This document shows, in pieces, positions 1 through 13,315 of a stretch of 64,000 bases of DNA. The position numbers and the translations under genes were made by a program. The first letter of the stretch is position 1. Every line of letters starts with the position of its first letter. This stretch comes from Octopus sinensis (lineage: Eukaryota): positions 9,858,001 to 9,922,000 of the forward strand of contig NC_043009.1 in the NCBI RefSeq assembly GCF_006345805.1, given 5' to 3'. The notes under the pieces were generated by a model that made no database searches, was not told the DNA's origin, and saw only the letters and a list, made by a program, of their open reading frames with translations.

Positions 1-1215
1 ACAAGTAAAAGAGTATGTGTGTGAGTGTGTGTATACCCATGTCTGGGCATCACATGATGGTTGTAAAGGAGCATTATCATCATACAAAATAAAGTTGTTG
101 TTTCCAGTCTTCTGTAAAAAGCATGTCTAGTTATAGGAAAGGTGAGGAGTGGTGACACAAAGAAAGGGTATCCAACCATGGAAAAATTTGATTCAACAAA
201 TTCCATCTGGCTATGCAATCATGGAAAAATGAACACTGACTGATGATGATGATTCAATTAAGTTTACTGTACAGACTTTTCTTGCAAGTTAGCATGACCT
301 TTACTTGAATATTTGACAAAAAAAATTTTCAGTGGTAATAGACTAGTATTGTATATAATATTTACAGCGGGTCCTTGGATCGTAGAGTGACCCGCTGTTC
401 TTGAGGAGACCTGTTGAGTCAAGTACATCAACATCAAAATAAAAATTCAAATGGAAATTGTAGTTAAGACACCCATGCTGGTGACACGTAAAAAGCACAG
501 TCCGAACGTGGCAGACGCCAGCGCCACCAGACTGGCATCCGTGTTGGTGACACGTAAAAACACCAACTGATCTTGGTCGTTTGCCAGCCTCCCCTGGTAC
601 CTGTGCTGGTGGCACGTAAAAAGCACCCACTACACTCACGGAGTGGTTGGCGTTAGGAAGGGCATCCAACTGTAGAAACTCTGCCAGATCAGACTAGAGC
701 TGGTACAGCCTCCATGGCTTACCAGACCCCGGTCAAACCGTCCAACCCATGCTAGCATGGAAAACGGATGTTAAATGATGATGATGATGAGGAGGAGGAG
801 GAGGATTCATCTAACACAACTAGAACCAACTTGATCAGCCCTTCTCATTGAGCGCTTCCCATACAGTAGTTTTATGCTTGCAAATGAGCATCTATTGAGG
901 TGAAATGACAGATAAGATTAAGTAAAGGACAATAGTTCATAGGCCTTGTTTGTATTCTACTGCAGATGTTTTGTAGTTTTTGAGAGCAGATTTGTTTATT
1001 ATACTGCTTCACCATGGCCATGCACTAAATTTTATCACTTTCAGTTTTTGGTCTGCCTGAAACTCCAGAATAGGGCTTGTGAAAAAAAAAAACTTTTGTT
1101 GATTGACGAAGTAACTGTAGTTATAAGAATTTGAGAGAATTCAAGTAAATTATCATTTTTTAAAGTGGAACTTGAAGTAGATAAAGCTATAAAAAAGAGT
1201 GTAAGAAATAAAATA

Positions 1216-1781
1216 TTGGGTTGTCCGGAAAGTTCTCGCCGATTAATAGTAGCTTACCTTTTGAGTTATTTTAGAACATGGTTGAGTCCATAAAATAGGA
1301 TTTGACTACACCTCCATTTAGAGTACAGTTTAAACTATCTTTTCGTGGAAGAAGGTTTACATTCCTATAACCTGTGTTAATTCGCTAACCCTTTAAAATG
1401 GAAGATAAGAAAGTTCATTTTCAGCACTTGATGCTTTGGGAACCAGACAAAAATTGCTGCAGCTCAGCTGGGATGTGTTACCCCACCCTCCATATTCACC
1501 AGATATTGCTCCTTCGGATTTCGACTTATTCGGGTCTCTACAGAATAGTCTTAATGGTAAAAATTTCAATTCCTTGGATGACATAAAAAGATACCTTGAT
1601 GAATTCTTTGCCATGAAACCACCTCAATTCTGGGAAGAGGGTATTTTCAAGTTAAAGGAAAGATGGAGATGCATTGTGCAACAAAATGGTTCATATTTGG
1701 TTGATTAAAAATGTAATGGCAAGTATTTATTGACCTTTTTCTTTCCTTTAAAAATTGGCACGAACTTTCCAGACAAGCCAA
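1216..1781 (+). mobile_element. Internally deleted mariner (DD34D) element
   Basis: About 30-bp TIRs (TTGGGTTGTCCGGAAAGTTC.. / ..GAACTTTCCAGACAAGCCAA) flanked by TA. The N-terminus MEDKKVHFQHLML is fused directly to the C-terminus WDVLPHPPYSPDIAPSDF...LKERWRCIVQQNGSY. Confidence 0.92.
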
Positions 1782-2095
1782 TAGTATGTAGAATATTGGA
1801 CAAAAAAACCCCTTGGATGAAAAACACTCAAAGGCTGTCTTTTAAATTTTTCCATCCAAGGGGACTTTTTAACCCAATATTCTACACTCTCATTTATAAT
1901 TTTGTCTACTTTGAATTCTACCATAAAAATATGTATGACTACAGTTGTTTGAATATATCTGTAAACATTATGTCCCCTATGTTTATCCCTTTAGCATTCA
2001 GATTACTCTGTTAAATGTAATGCTTATGTATTCACATTGTTTTGAATTAATCATTCATTATCTTGTAGCTCTGAGATTTCAATGATGTGATTGTT

Positions 2096-2580
2096 TACAT
2101 TATTTACATTATTTACTTTCGACAGATATTTGTCCTCATATTGTTTGTTCTTTAACACAATGTTTCAGCTGATATACCCTCCAGCCTTCATCAGGTATCT
2201 TGGGGAAATTTTGAACCTGGGTCCTCATTCCTAAGGTATTTTTCGATAATAATATTTATTATTATTATTATTATTATTATCATCATTATTGTTATTATCA
2301 TTATTATTATTATTCAGGTCACTGCCTGGAATCGAACTCAGAATCTTGGGGTTAGTAGCTCATGCTCTTAACCACAACGCCATATGCCTGTGGACATAAT
2401 AATAATATTGGAAAATACCTTAGGAATGAGAATTCACGTTCAAAATTTCCCCAAGACACCTGATGAAGGCTGGGGGGTATATCAGCCGAAATGTTGTGTT
2501 AACAACAAACAAGATGAGGACAAATATCCGTTAAATGTAAATAATGTACATAATTCCTCATCTCTTAAGTATAGAACTGT
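2096..2580 (-). mobile_element. tRNA-headed SINE with (AAT)n linker, hammerhead-containing tail and an inverted duplicate of the tail
   Basis: On the minus strand: A-box TGGCGTTGTGG (2382-2372) and B-box GTTCGATTCC (2337-2328), then (AAT)n and a tail (2247-2096). The tail is repeated in the opposite orientation at about 2409-2553. Confidence 0.75.
2455..2500 (+). ncRNA. Minimal type I hammerhead ribozyme motif (near-intact); degenerate mirror copy at 2154-2200 (-)
   Basis: GACAC-CTGATGA-A-GGCTG(GGGGGTATAT)CAGCC-GAAA-TGT-T-GTGTT: helix I GACAC/GTGTT, helix II GGCTG/CAGCC, conserved core boxes. Confidence 0.7.
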
Positions 2581-2817
2581 ATGTGTTTGTTTATTTTTAA
2601 ATAACATTGAAAAATTACACTGTAGGCCAGATCTGGTCACTCTGAAAATAAAACAGGTAAAATATTTGAGGTAGATATGGCTAGTTTAAATGCTAAAAGG
2701 TTAATTTGAAGAGTGGTTTGTTGGTTTCAGCTTACCAAAAATACTAAATACAAGAACAGTACGGATAAGATATTCATCAATATTGGGTGTATAAATAATT
2801 GGTAGAAATGAATTTAC

Positions 2818-2976
2818 CTGGAATGCTTGGCTTAACATGTACTCCCCTTCTTTACTACCAAGTAGATTCACAATCACTTGTTTACCATATAATAGTTTTA
2901 GCGTGTTGAGATGTCGATCAAAGGCAGGAGCGCAAGCTTCATACCCTCGAGAAAGGCGGATTTTGTGTGAGCCAAC
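2818..2976 (-). CDS. SYNJ1: Synaptojanin coding exon (159 nt): [53 protein letters not shown]
   Basis: Acceptor ctttccattgtag and donor gtaaat. Matches the synaptojanin segment [22 protein letters not shown]...[10 protein letters not shown]. Phase 0/0. The next exon (toward the CX5R motif) is presumed left of the window. Confidence 0.96.
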
Positions 2977-3213
2977 CTACAATGGAAAGCCAATTAAATT
3001 AACAACAGTGTTGGAGATGAGAATTACTATGAGAAAAAAATATTGAAGGAAAGTTTATTTATAAGGAAAGGTATAGCTGTATAGATAGAAAATAATAACA
3101 CTAAAAGGAATTGGTTATAACATATATATTATTCTTTAGTTAAATATATTCAATGAGAATATTATATACTGAATTTATATTGAGTGCTCTACTGTATCAA
3201 AGTATTAATACTA

Positions 3214-3692
3214 TTAACCTTTTCCTTACCAACCCGGCTGAAACCGGCTCTGGCTCTTTAGTACAGATGTCTTGTTTCTATAAGTTTTGAATTAAAATCT
3301 TCCACCAAACCTTAGTCACAATTTATGTTCCTGACACTAGCTTAAAGATAACTAAGTTATTTTACTAAATTCTTTGTTATATTTAAAGTAATTGAAAGAA
3401 ACACAGAGCATCTCAGCAGAAATATGGTAACAAAGGGTTAAATATATAATAGAGAAACAATTCTTAACCCTTTCGTTACCAACCTGGCTGAAACCGGCTC
3501 TGGCTCTGTAGAACAAATGTCTTGTTTCTATAAGTTTTGAATTAAAATCTTCCACCAAACCTTAGTCACAATTTATGTTCCTAACACTAGCTGACTGATA
3601 GCTAAGTTATTTTACTAAATTCTTTGTTATATTTAAAGTAATTGAAAGAAACACAGAGCATCTCAAAATAAATACAGTAACGAAAGGGTTAA
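3214..3692 (+). mobile_element. Tandem dimer of a piggyBac-like MITE (two units of about 228 bp, TTAA-flanked, 22-bp spacer)
   Basis: Units TTAACC(C)TTT...AAAGGGTTAA at 3214-3441 and 3464-3692. Confidence 0.85.
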
Positions 3693-4181
3693 AGTATTTA
3701 TATATTTAATACGAGCGATTATATACATATAATTTTTTAATAATATATTAACTGTCATATACATTATATATTTATACTTATACATATTTACATATATTTT
3801 TATACATATTTATATTTATTTATATATATATATATATATTTTTAATACAACAATTATTTTTCATACGTGTATATCTTTCTGAGGACTTTCGATATTGATT
3901 TCCTAATATTAATAATAATATATTATTAAAAATATATATATGTATATATATTATTCTTAAACAAGAATACTGTTAACAGTGTCTTCAACCAGTTAATATT
4001 CTATTGTGGACCTCACCTGAGATTTCTACAGTACCAGTAATTGTTGGAGGTTGAAGTATGTATTGACCGTGAAGAGAAGGACCTGTTGATGGGATGCTAG
4101 AAACAATTTATACAGCTAACCACTCAACTACAATGGTTAATTAGAATTAAGAAGAAATACAAGGAAACACCAAATACTAAC

Positions 4182-4265
4182 CTGAATACCAGGCTGTTCC
4201 CAAAATAATGGCACAGATCCTCTTACTTGTATGAATGAAGAAATTTGGTCTTCCAGGAAAATAAC
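4182..4265 (-). CDS. SYNJ1: Synaptojanin coding exon (84 nt): [28 protein letters not shown]
   Basis: Acceptor tttttctaattag and donor gttagt. Contains the SAC motif [12 protein letters not shown]. Phase 0/0. Absent from the ORF track and found by manual translation. Confidence 0.96.
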
Positions 4266-4405
4266 CTAATTAGAAAAATAACACAAAAACAAAAAACAAG
4301 CAATTAATATCCAGTTGATAATTATCGAAGTTGTATATAACACTCGATTTATTTTTTATTTTTACAATCTTATTTTTACTTTGCTGAATTTATTTATTCT
4401 CTTTC

Positions 4406-4799
4406 ACTCTTTTACTTGTTTCAGTCATTTGACTGTGGCCATGCAGGAGCACCGCCTTTATAGTCGAGCAAATCGACCCCAGAGTTTATTCTTTGTAAGC
4501 CTAGTACTTATTCTATTGGACTCTTTTGCCGAACCGCTAAGTTACGGGGGACAGAAACACACCAGCATTGGTAGTCAAGCGATGCTGGGGGACAAACAGA
4601 CACACAAACACACACACACACACACACATACATATGACAGGCTTCTTTCAGTTTCCGTCTACCAAATCCACTCACAAGGCTTTGGTTGGCCAGAAGGCTA
4701 TAGTAGAAGACACTTGCCCAAGGTGCCACGCAGTGGGACTGAACCCAGGACCATGTGGTTGGTAAGCAAGCTACTTACCACACAGCCACTTCTGCGCCT
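4406..4799 (-). mobile_element. SINE family A (about 400 bp, tRNA-like head AGGCGCAGGAGTGGCTGTGTGGTAAG, internal (TA)/(TG)n, tail GTAAAAGA); about 20 copies in the window
   Basis: Recurs at about 5280-5520, 7236-7610, 10130-10345, 14390-14805, 42560-42955, 44657-45052, 47105-47495, 49248-49665, 50448-50855 and 58516-58897 (all -), and at 12158-12610, 33551-34510, 41084-41480, 46215-46600, 57400-57700 and 61990-62410 (all +). Copy boundaries are approximate. Confidence 0.9.
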
Positions 4800-5135
4800 A
4801 TTGTTCACTGATGTTGATGGTGATGATGATATTTAATTCCTTTTATTCTGTTTAGTATCAAAATGAGTTATGTCACGTTTATGGTTTGAACACTGGTATG
4901 GCAAAGAGAGATCCTCGAATACATGGACATTAAGGATCTGTTTTGGAAAATTCAGTTCAATAAAGTCCTGAAAATAAGATAAGCTGAAGTATAATTACAA
5001 GATGGGGAAGAAATAAGAAGTATGTTAGCAGGTTGCAAAAAAGATGTGGGGGAAATGAGAGAGAGAGAGAGAGAGAGAGGGAGAGATTGATAGTGCCTGA
5101 GTGTGTGTGTGTGTGTGTGGTGTGTGTGTGTGTGT

Positions 5136-5168
<33 letters not shown>

Positions 5169-5240
5169 GTGGAAAAAATCACAAGCAGAGAGGAATTAAG
5201 ATCCAAAGAGGTCCTAAGCACTTAAAAAATTTGGGTGGCT

Positions 5241-5282
<42 letters not shown>

Positions 5283-8200
5283 TTACTTGTTTCAGTCATT
5301 TGACTGCGGCCATGCTGGAGCACCGCCTTTAGTCGAGCAAATCGACCCCGGGACTTATTGTTTGTAAGCCCAGTACTTATTCTATCGGTCTCTTTTGCCG
5401 AACCGCTAAGTGACGGGACTATAGCAGAAGACACTTGCCCAAGATGCCACGCAGTGAGACTGAACCTGGAACCATGTGGTTGGTTAGCTAGCTATTTACC
5501 ACACAGCCACTCCTGCGCCTATATATGTAATTCAAAATATAAACAATAATAAACCATAGAAAAGAATTTTATTTTTCAGAATGAAATAAAGCCAGGAGTA
5601 AAACAGAAAATAATGCTCTGCTTATTTTTGTATACATCCTCCACAATAAAAGGTTGGATAAAGAATTTATCGAATAATTTTTTATCTAATGCAGACAACC
5701 CAGTAGTTTCCTTGAACTCCAGGATTTCTTCTTCACTGTTTACTATAATTCATAAACGAAAACTTCCTGCTAGCCTAACCTTAAAATTCACTAAAGAATT
5801 ATGTCACAATACGATAAGACTCCTACTTCCTTTTTTTCTTGTCAGCTGTTATCTATCTTCATATGACATCTCTTTCTTCTTTCTTAAAACTCATAAGGAG
5901 TATTAACATAAAATCATTTCATTGTTAAGTTCTCCTCAGTGTCATGTCTCATAGCTTCTGCTTCACATTCTATTCCTCTGTGTTTTCCTGAATTTCTTCT
6001 GGTTTTAAGTTCTGAGTTCAAATTCTGCCCAAGGTTGACTTTGCCCTTCATCCGTTTGGAGAGTCAATAAAGTAAGTATCAGTTGAGTAACGGGACTGAC
6101 ATAATTGAGTGACCATTGCCCCTAAATTTACTGGCCTTGTGTGAAAGTTTCAAACCATTATTTCAGAGATGCATTTATCTGAGACCCTTCTGTTGAAACT
6201 AAAACAATTACAGCATGGAAGACAAATACATATTAGCCATTCAAAAACACATAAAAACTTAACTTCATTTAAACATTTATTATTTGGTCTCAAAATTTTC
6301 ATGGCACTAATTGCTACCTGGTCACTGACACAGTTCCCCTGCATCTTATTTGTCCAACACAAAATGTAAATCAAATCAACACCCTCTTCATTTAATTTGC
6401 TCCAAATACAATAAACCTGACCATGCCATCGCATCATCATTATCATCAGTTCGACTGGGGTTTGGGAAGCCAGGAGGCTGCACCAGACCCAGTCTTGATT
6501 TGGCAGAGTTTCTACAGCTGGATGCCCTTCCTAACGCCAACCACTCTGTGAGTGTAGTGGGTGCTTCTTCCGTGCCACTGGCACAGGTGCCAGGCGAGGC
6601 TGGCAAACAGCCACGATCGGTTAGTGCTTTTTACGTGCCACTGGCATGGAGGCCAGTTGAGGCGGCGCTGGCAATGGCCACGTTTGGATGGTTCTTGAAC
6701 GTGCCACCGGCACTGGTATCACAGCTGCAATTTCCATTGATTTTTGATCGATTTCGATTTCACATTCTTTTTTATATCCATTTTTCCTTTTATTATCGCT
6801 TGAGGAAGAGGAAGAGCAGCATTTATGACCCCTTGACCATTTTCAGGGCTTTTGAGACTGGTCACAGTTTTTCCATGGGTTAGACAAAAATTACTGATGC
6901 AGATTTTTTAAAGCTCTTCCTGTTGCTAAACCCAACTTATTTCTCAAGTGAGGTATTTTTCACTCCTTGGGTTCTCACATATTCACTGAACTACAAGACA
7001 TTCATTTACTGGAAACTGTAAACAATGTCACTGGCTTTTGCTCAGACTAATTTGATGAAGACATGCAGAATCAACACACACACACACAAGCTTTTATACT
7101 GCTTCTGTCTTCTGGCTCCACACAAGGCATTGCTCGGCTGTAATAGAAAATACTTCCCCCAAATGCAACCCAGTGGAACAGTGTGGCTTCAGAACTACAC
7201 AGTCATGCCTGCACCATCATATATGTATATTCGCTTATTCTTTTATTTGTTTCAGTCATTTGACTGTGGCCATGCTGGAGCACTGCCTTTAATTGAAGAA
7301 ATCGACCCCATGACTTATTCTTAGTAAGCCTAGTACTTATTCTATCGGTCTCTTTTGCCTAAGTTATGGGGATATAAACACACCAGCATTCATTGTCAAA
7401 CGAAGTTGGGGGACAAACACAGACACACAAACATACACACGTACACACACACACATATACAATGGGCTTCTTTCAGTTTCCATCTACCAGATCCACTCAC
7501 AAGGCTTTGGTCAGCTCGAGGCTATAGTAGAAGACACTTGCCCAAGGGGCTACACAGTGGGATTGAACCCAGAACCATGTGGTTGGTAAGTAAGCTACTT
7601 ACCATACAACCATTTCTGTATATATATTATCGTCGTTATCATCATTTAATGTCCATTTTCCGTGCTGACATGGGTTGGATAGTTTGATAGGGGTTGGCCA
7701 TCTGGAGAGCTGCCCAGGCACCATTGTCTGTTTTGGCATGGTCTCTGGCTGAATTCTCCTCTGAATGCCGACCACTTTACAGAGTGGACAGGGTGCTATT
7801 TACGTAGCACTGGCAAGGGTGCTTTATAAGTGGTACCAGAAAAGGTACTTGATACATGGAACCAGCATGGGTGCTTTATGTGTGGCACCAGCGTGGGTGT
7901 TGTATACATGGCACTAGCACAGGTGCGGTATACATGACAGCGGCATGGGTGCTTTTTACGTGGTGCATGCAACAAAGCCTTCTTAAACTAGTAACCTTTA
8001 AATATGTATTACTTATTTCTTTACTGCCCACAAGGGGATAAACACAGAGGGGACAAACAAGGACAGACAAAGGGATTAAGTCGATTACATCGACCCCAGT
8101 GTGTAACTGGCACTTATTTAATCGACCCCGAAAGGATGAAAGGCAAAGTCGACCTCGGCGGAATTGGAACTCAGAACATAACGGCAGATGAAATACCTAT

Positions 8201-9600
8201 TTCTTTATTACCCATAAGGGTAGTAAATGAAAACATAAGTTATAAAAGATTTACAGACAACAAGCACATGAAACATACAGGGACAGACAAACGGATTAAG
8301 TCGATTATATTGACCCCAGTGCGTAACTGGTACTTATTTAATCGACTCCGAAAGGATGAAAGGCAAAGTCGACCTCAGCGGAATTTGAACTCAGAACGTA
8401 GTGGCAGATGAAATACCACTAAGCATTTTGCCCGGCGTGCTAACATTTCTGCCAGCTCATGGCTTTAAATATGTATTACTCTAACCATAATTAGAATCCC
8501 AATGAAGGACAATAATGCAATATCAATGTATGGTATGATAAAAAAAAAGGTAAAGACCCCTTTCATCAGGAATGACCATGGGATTGCACCTAGGAAGTTA
8601 CCCTCCAATGCACAAGTCTGAGCAAATTTGTTTATGGAAGACCAGGAGTCACCCATGCATACAAGCTTCCCTTCTCTATGCCACCGATGTTATCCAAGAG
8701 AAAGGCAAAGATTGATACAGCTTGGCACCAGTGATGTTGCAACTCATTTCTACAGCTGAGTGAATTGGAGCAATGTGGAGTAAAGTGTCTTGCTTAAGAA
8801 CACAACACACAGCCAGGTTTGAGATTTAAACTCACTGCTTCATCATTATGAGCCTGATACGTTAACCACTGAGCCATGTGCCTTGGTATGATACAAATAA
8901 CAAAATCCCCATAAACCAAGAACCCTTTAACAGCTTCAACTGCATCAGAATTAAGGACAATTTAGAACAATGAAAACACAAGACATAAAAGATTCACAGA
9001 CAACAAATACATGAAACATACACTTCTTTCATTAGCTGCCTAACGATTATTATTATGGTTTGGGTAGCAGTGTACATAAGACGTAACCTGGTAGATAAAT
9101 ATTCAAATATTTAAACATATTCTTACATACAAGCATTTACATAGATATACATCCATGCATAGATTCATATACAGACACAAACACAAGTTGCTACGATACA
9201 ACAAGTTTGTGTCTCTTTTGCCAGACATAATAAATAAGCGAGAATGTACAGATGTACATATCTTAGCTAGAAATTTCTGAACAGGTTGAGAATCAATCAA
9301 TCGATCGATCAATATTTTATCTTTGAAAGCCATTAGAGGCCACACAAATAGTAAAACGCTGATCTTAATGCTTTATTCTAACTAGTTTTGCTTGATTCTG
9401 CCTTTCATCAATGTAAATATCAAAAGAGTAACCTTTTGACATGAGCAAATGAAGGATACTCTATGTGGTCACTCAACTTAATAGAAATAACACAAATCTC
9501 CTTCAAATTACACTTTGCCATCTCAATAAAGAAGGTCACCACTGTTGTCATGATGGAATGCCTTTGTTTGTGTTTGCTTAATCAGGATTGATCTATGGCT

Positions 9601-9625
9601 ATACTATTATTATTATTATTATTAT

Positions 9626-9690
<65 letters not shown>
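9601..9690 (+). repeat. (ATT)n/(AAT)n trinucleotide microsatellite; also at about 9998-10050
   Basis: Read directly from the sequence. Confidence 0.95.
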
Positions 9691-9997
9691 TAATCACCGT
9701 CACCGACCAGGCTATCAGATGTTGCCACACATCGCTGATCACAATGTGCTTTGCATTGTTTTAGCCTCCAAATGACGCCACCCCGCTGGCTAAGCGAGCA
9801 GGCCAACAGAAGAAAGAGTGAGAGAAAGTTGTGGTGAAAGAGTACAGCAAGAATCGCCACCACCACCCTGCCGGAGCCTCGTGGAGCTTTAGGTGTTTTT
9901 GCTCAATAAACACTCGCAATGCCCGGTCTAGGAATCGAAACCACGATCCTACGACTGCAAGTCCGCTGCCCTAACCACTGGGCCATTGTGCCTCCAC

Positions 9998-10043
<46 letters not shown>

Positions 10044-10424
10044 TTAATAATGATAATAATATACAAGACACTATCCAATAATACAACTTAAACGAAACAA
10101 TCCACAAATACAAGACACACGCTATACAGCAAACGCTGGTGTGTTTACGGGTACGTAACCACACCAGCATCAGTTGTCAAGTGATGTTGTGGGGACAAAC
10201 ACAGACACACATACACGTATTCTTTCAGTTTCCGTCTACTAAATCCATTCACAAGAGTTTGGTTGGCCCAAGGTGCCACACAGTGGGACTGAACCTGGAA
10301 CTATGTAGTTGTTAAGCAAGCTACTTACCACACAACCACTGCTACACCTTTTAGAGAAAAAATAAAACAAAACAAAACACACACACAAAAAAAAACTCAA
10401 TATGAAAAGACTATCAAACTCTAC

Positions 10425-10650
10425 CTGTTCTGTTTCCACAAAATTAGCGACGTGGCCGTCGTCGTTGGTCCCTCTGACATTAAATCTTGTCCCTGCTCGT
10501 TCACAGCTTAGACGTGAAATGAGGCATGCTTTAGCCTGTTTATCCCCAGCATAGATAGTCCGGATTTCTACACCACCAGATATAATTTTTAGCAGCCATT
10601 CCGTGCAGTTTACACCGAATCGATCCAAATGTACATGGAGTCTTTTATTC
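10425..10650 (-). CDS. SYNJ1: Synaptojanin coding exon (226 nt): (W)[75 protein letters not shown]
   Basis: Acceptor gttattgcag and donor gtagag. Contains the highly conserved SAC motif [32 protein letters not shown]. Phase 2/0. Confidence 0.98.
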
Positions 10651-11107
10651 CTGCAATAACATCAAAAAAATTGGAATTGCTATTAGGCACTAAAAGAACC
10701 AGTATGAGAGAGAAAAGAGAAACAGTTCTCCAGGTGAGACTCAACTTAATACATCAGTCATTTACCTGGAATTTACCTGTCATTTACCAATGACACCAAA
10801 CAGAGCATCTACCATTCCATTTCTTTCAGGTAGAAACTATGTCAGTGGTTCTCAACCAGGGTCCATATGAGACTGGGCGGGGTGGCAGGGGGGCCTCACA
10901 AGCAAAATAGTAAATTGGGGATCCACATTAAGGGTCAACAAAAAAGTTTTGATTTAGATGTACTTATTGCAAGAAATAGCTAAATTTCTTTCTCAAACGT
11001 TTTACATAGTTCAACCGACACAAATATTACAAAATAAGAACTTTGAAAGAAGTATATATAAAACTGGTTTTTAAGCATCGAATGGCTATGAGGCTATAGT
11101 AATCAAA

Positions 11108-11337
11108 CCGGCGAGCTGGCAGAAATGTTAGCACACCGGGCGAAATGCGTAGCTGTATTTCGTCTGTCGTTACGTTCTGAGTTCAAATTCCGCCGAGGTC
11201 GACTTGGCCTTTCATCCTTTCGGGGTCGATAAATTAAGTACCATTTACGCACTGGGGTCAATGTAATCAACTTAATCTGTGTGTCTGTCCTTGTTTGTCC
11301 CTTCTGTGTTTAGCCCCTTGTGGGTAGTAAAGAAATA
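11108..11337 (+). mobile_element. SINE family B (tRNA-like head, central TTTCATCCTTTCGGGGTCGATAAA domain, tail GTGGGTAGTAAAGAAATA)
   Basis: Full monomer with a 13-bp TSD, TATAGTAATCAAA. Other copies at 24774-25006 (16-bp TSD), 63003-63228, 8013-8460, 26302-26896 and 38109-38260. The central domain resembles the Meta/CORE-type SINE domain as recalled (unverified). Confidence 0.88.
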
Positions 11338-12320
11338 TATAGTAATCAAAGGGATCCATAGATAAAAAATGATATGAGAACCACTGAAGCATCTCATTCA
11401 CCAGTGTTTTAATATCTACTTTTCCCATGCAAGCCTGGATGAGATGTAATTAATTGAGGCAATTTTCAACAGCAGGATGCCCTTCCCGTCACCAACCCTC
11501 ATCTGTTTCCAAACAAGATGTTTCCTCATGGCCAGATATACTACTTGCAGAATATTAGAAATGAATGACACTGTGCTTGTATGACAGTGAAACTCATTTA
11601 CAATTATGATGTGATGTCAAGACAAGGAGACACACTTCCATACACATACACATATATATATGTATACATATATGAAAAGCTTCTTTCAGATTCCATCTGC
11701 TAAATCCACTTTACAAGGCTTTGGTTAGCCCAGGGCTAAATCAGAGCCCACTTGTCCAAGGTGCCATGCAGTGGACCGAACCCATAACCATGTGGATGGG
11801 AAACAAACTTCTTAACCACACAGCCGTGCATCTATAATTACACTGATGCCTAAAATCTAATTTATTAATATTACTAGCTTTGTGTCCCCATCTCTTTCTG
11901 TTTGTCCTTTCCCAGTGGAAAATGACTGATTTTATTAGATTTATCTCCCTTTACTATATATATTAACTTGAATGCTATCTATCATACAACAGATAATGCT
12001 GGAACATATTTTTGCCAATGTTACATCAGTTATTAATTGATAGTTAAACACTATTATTGTTATTGATAACTTATATTTATTGCAAATATTCAAATAAGAA
12101 AATTGCTTTAATTATATTTTATTTCAATAAATATTTTTATTTTGAAGATTATCATTCAGGCACAGGCATGGCTGTGTGGTAAGAAGCTTGCTTCCCTACC
12201 ACATGGTTCCAGGTTCAGTCCCATTGCATAGCACCTTGGGCAAGTGTCTTCTATTATAACCTCAGACTGACCAAAGCCTTGGGAGTGGATTTGGTAGAAG
12301 GAAACTGAAAGAAGCTCACC

Positions 12321-12352
<32 letters not shown>

Positions 12353-13020
12353 GTATGGATGTATCTATGTGTGTGTGTGTGTCTTTGAGTGTGTGTTTGT
12401 CCCCCTCCCCATCACCACTTGGCAACTGGTACTGGTGTGTGTACGTCCCCATAACTTACTGGTTCAGCAAAAGAGACCGATGGAATTAAGTACTAGGCTT
12501 AAAAAATAAGTCCTGGGGGGGGGGTAAATTTGTTTGACTAAAACCCTTTAGGATGGTGCTCCAGCATGGCCATAGTCAGATGACTGAAACAAGTGAAAGA
12601 ATAAAGGAATAAAAGAAATTCATTTTATTAATATTCATTCACCAGAAAATTTGAAAAATGAAGTAAAACTACAATTATTGAATCAAAGTAACAATACCTC
12701 TTATTACCTACTGCAGCAAAGGTATATTTCTAGTATTATCCATCATATTGCAGTAAAGCAAAACCCAGAGGGAGCAGCTGTTCATTCCACTAAAAATAGC
12801 AGCTAAGTTACCCTCAAATCAAATGCTACAGTCTTAGAAAGGAGAAAACAAAAGTGAGGGATGGACACATTTGATAATGTAGTACTATAAGAATATTTGT
12901 TAGTGCTAGATATAGATTTCTTTACTGCCCAGAAGGGGCTAAACATAGAGGGGACAAACAAGGACAGATGAAGGGATTGAGTCGATTATATCGGCCCCAG
13001 TGTGAAACTGGTGCTAGATA

Positions 13021-13315
13021 TCTTTATATATAAAAGTGAAGTTGTGTGTCTGTCTCCTACGATTTAGATTCCTAACTACTCCCACATTTTGCGGTGCAGT
13101 TTAACCAAAACCGGGTATCTTATAATCGTGATTCACATCGAGCCCTTCTGGGTATTAGTGCGCGTCTACGATGAGTCTACGATTTAAAAAAAATTTACCA
13201 TAATTTTTTTCCATTTTTAATGCATTTTTTTGCTATTTTTTGGCTATAACTCTCTAAAAATGCTTATATAGTTATTTCCCTTACAAACCCGAGCAACGCC
13301 GGGCAATACTGCTAG
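13021..13315 (+). mobile_element. Non-autonomous Helitron
   Basis: 5' TC, 3' CTAG, subterminal hairpin CCCGAGCAACGCCGGG, inserted between A and T with no TSD. Confidence 0.85.

Larger units (their letters stand above)
1984..2704. mobile_element. piggyBac-like MITE (CCCTTTAGCATT...AATGCTAAAAGG, TTAA end) interrupted by the hammerhead SINE; related copy at about 51448-51664
   Basis: Short TIRs beginning CCCTT with a right-hand TTAA. The internal sequence matches the uninterrupted copy at 51.4-51.7 kb. Confidence 0.75.

Noticed and set aside
2314-2388. tRNA genes (here and at the SINE A, B and D heads)
   Set aside because: A/B boxes are present, but there is no complete cloverleaf or acceptor stem and the heads continue into SINE bodies.
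4315-4836. Recurrent ORFs such as MLGGQTQTHKH.../...RWASFSFRLPNPLTRLW... and LQLDALPNANHS...
   Set aside because: These are chance open frames within SINE families A and C, repeated wherever the SINE occurs.
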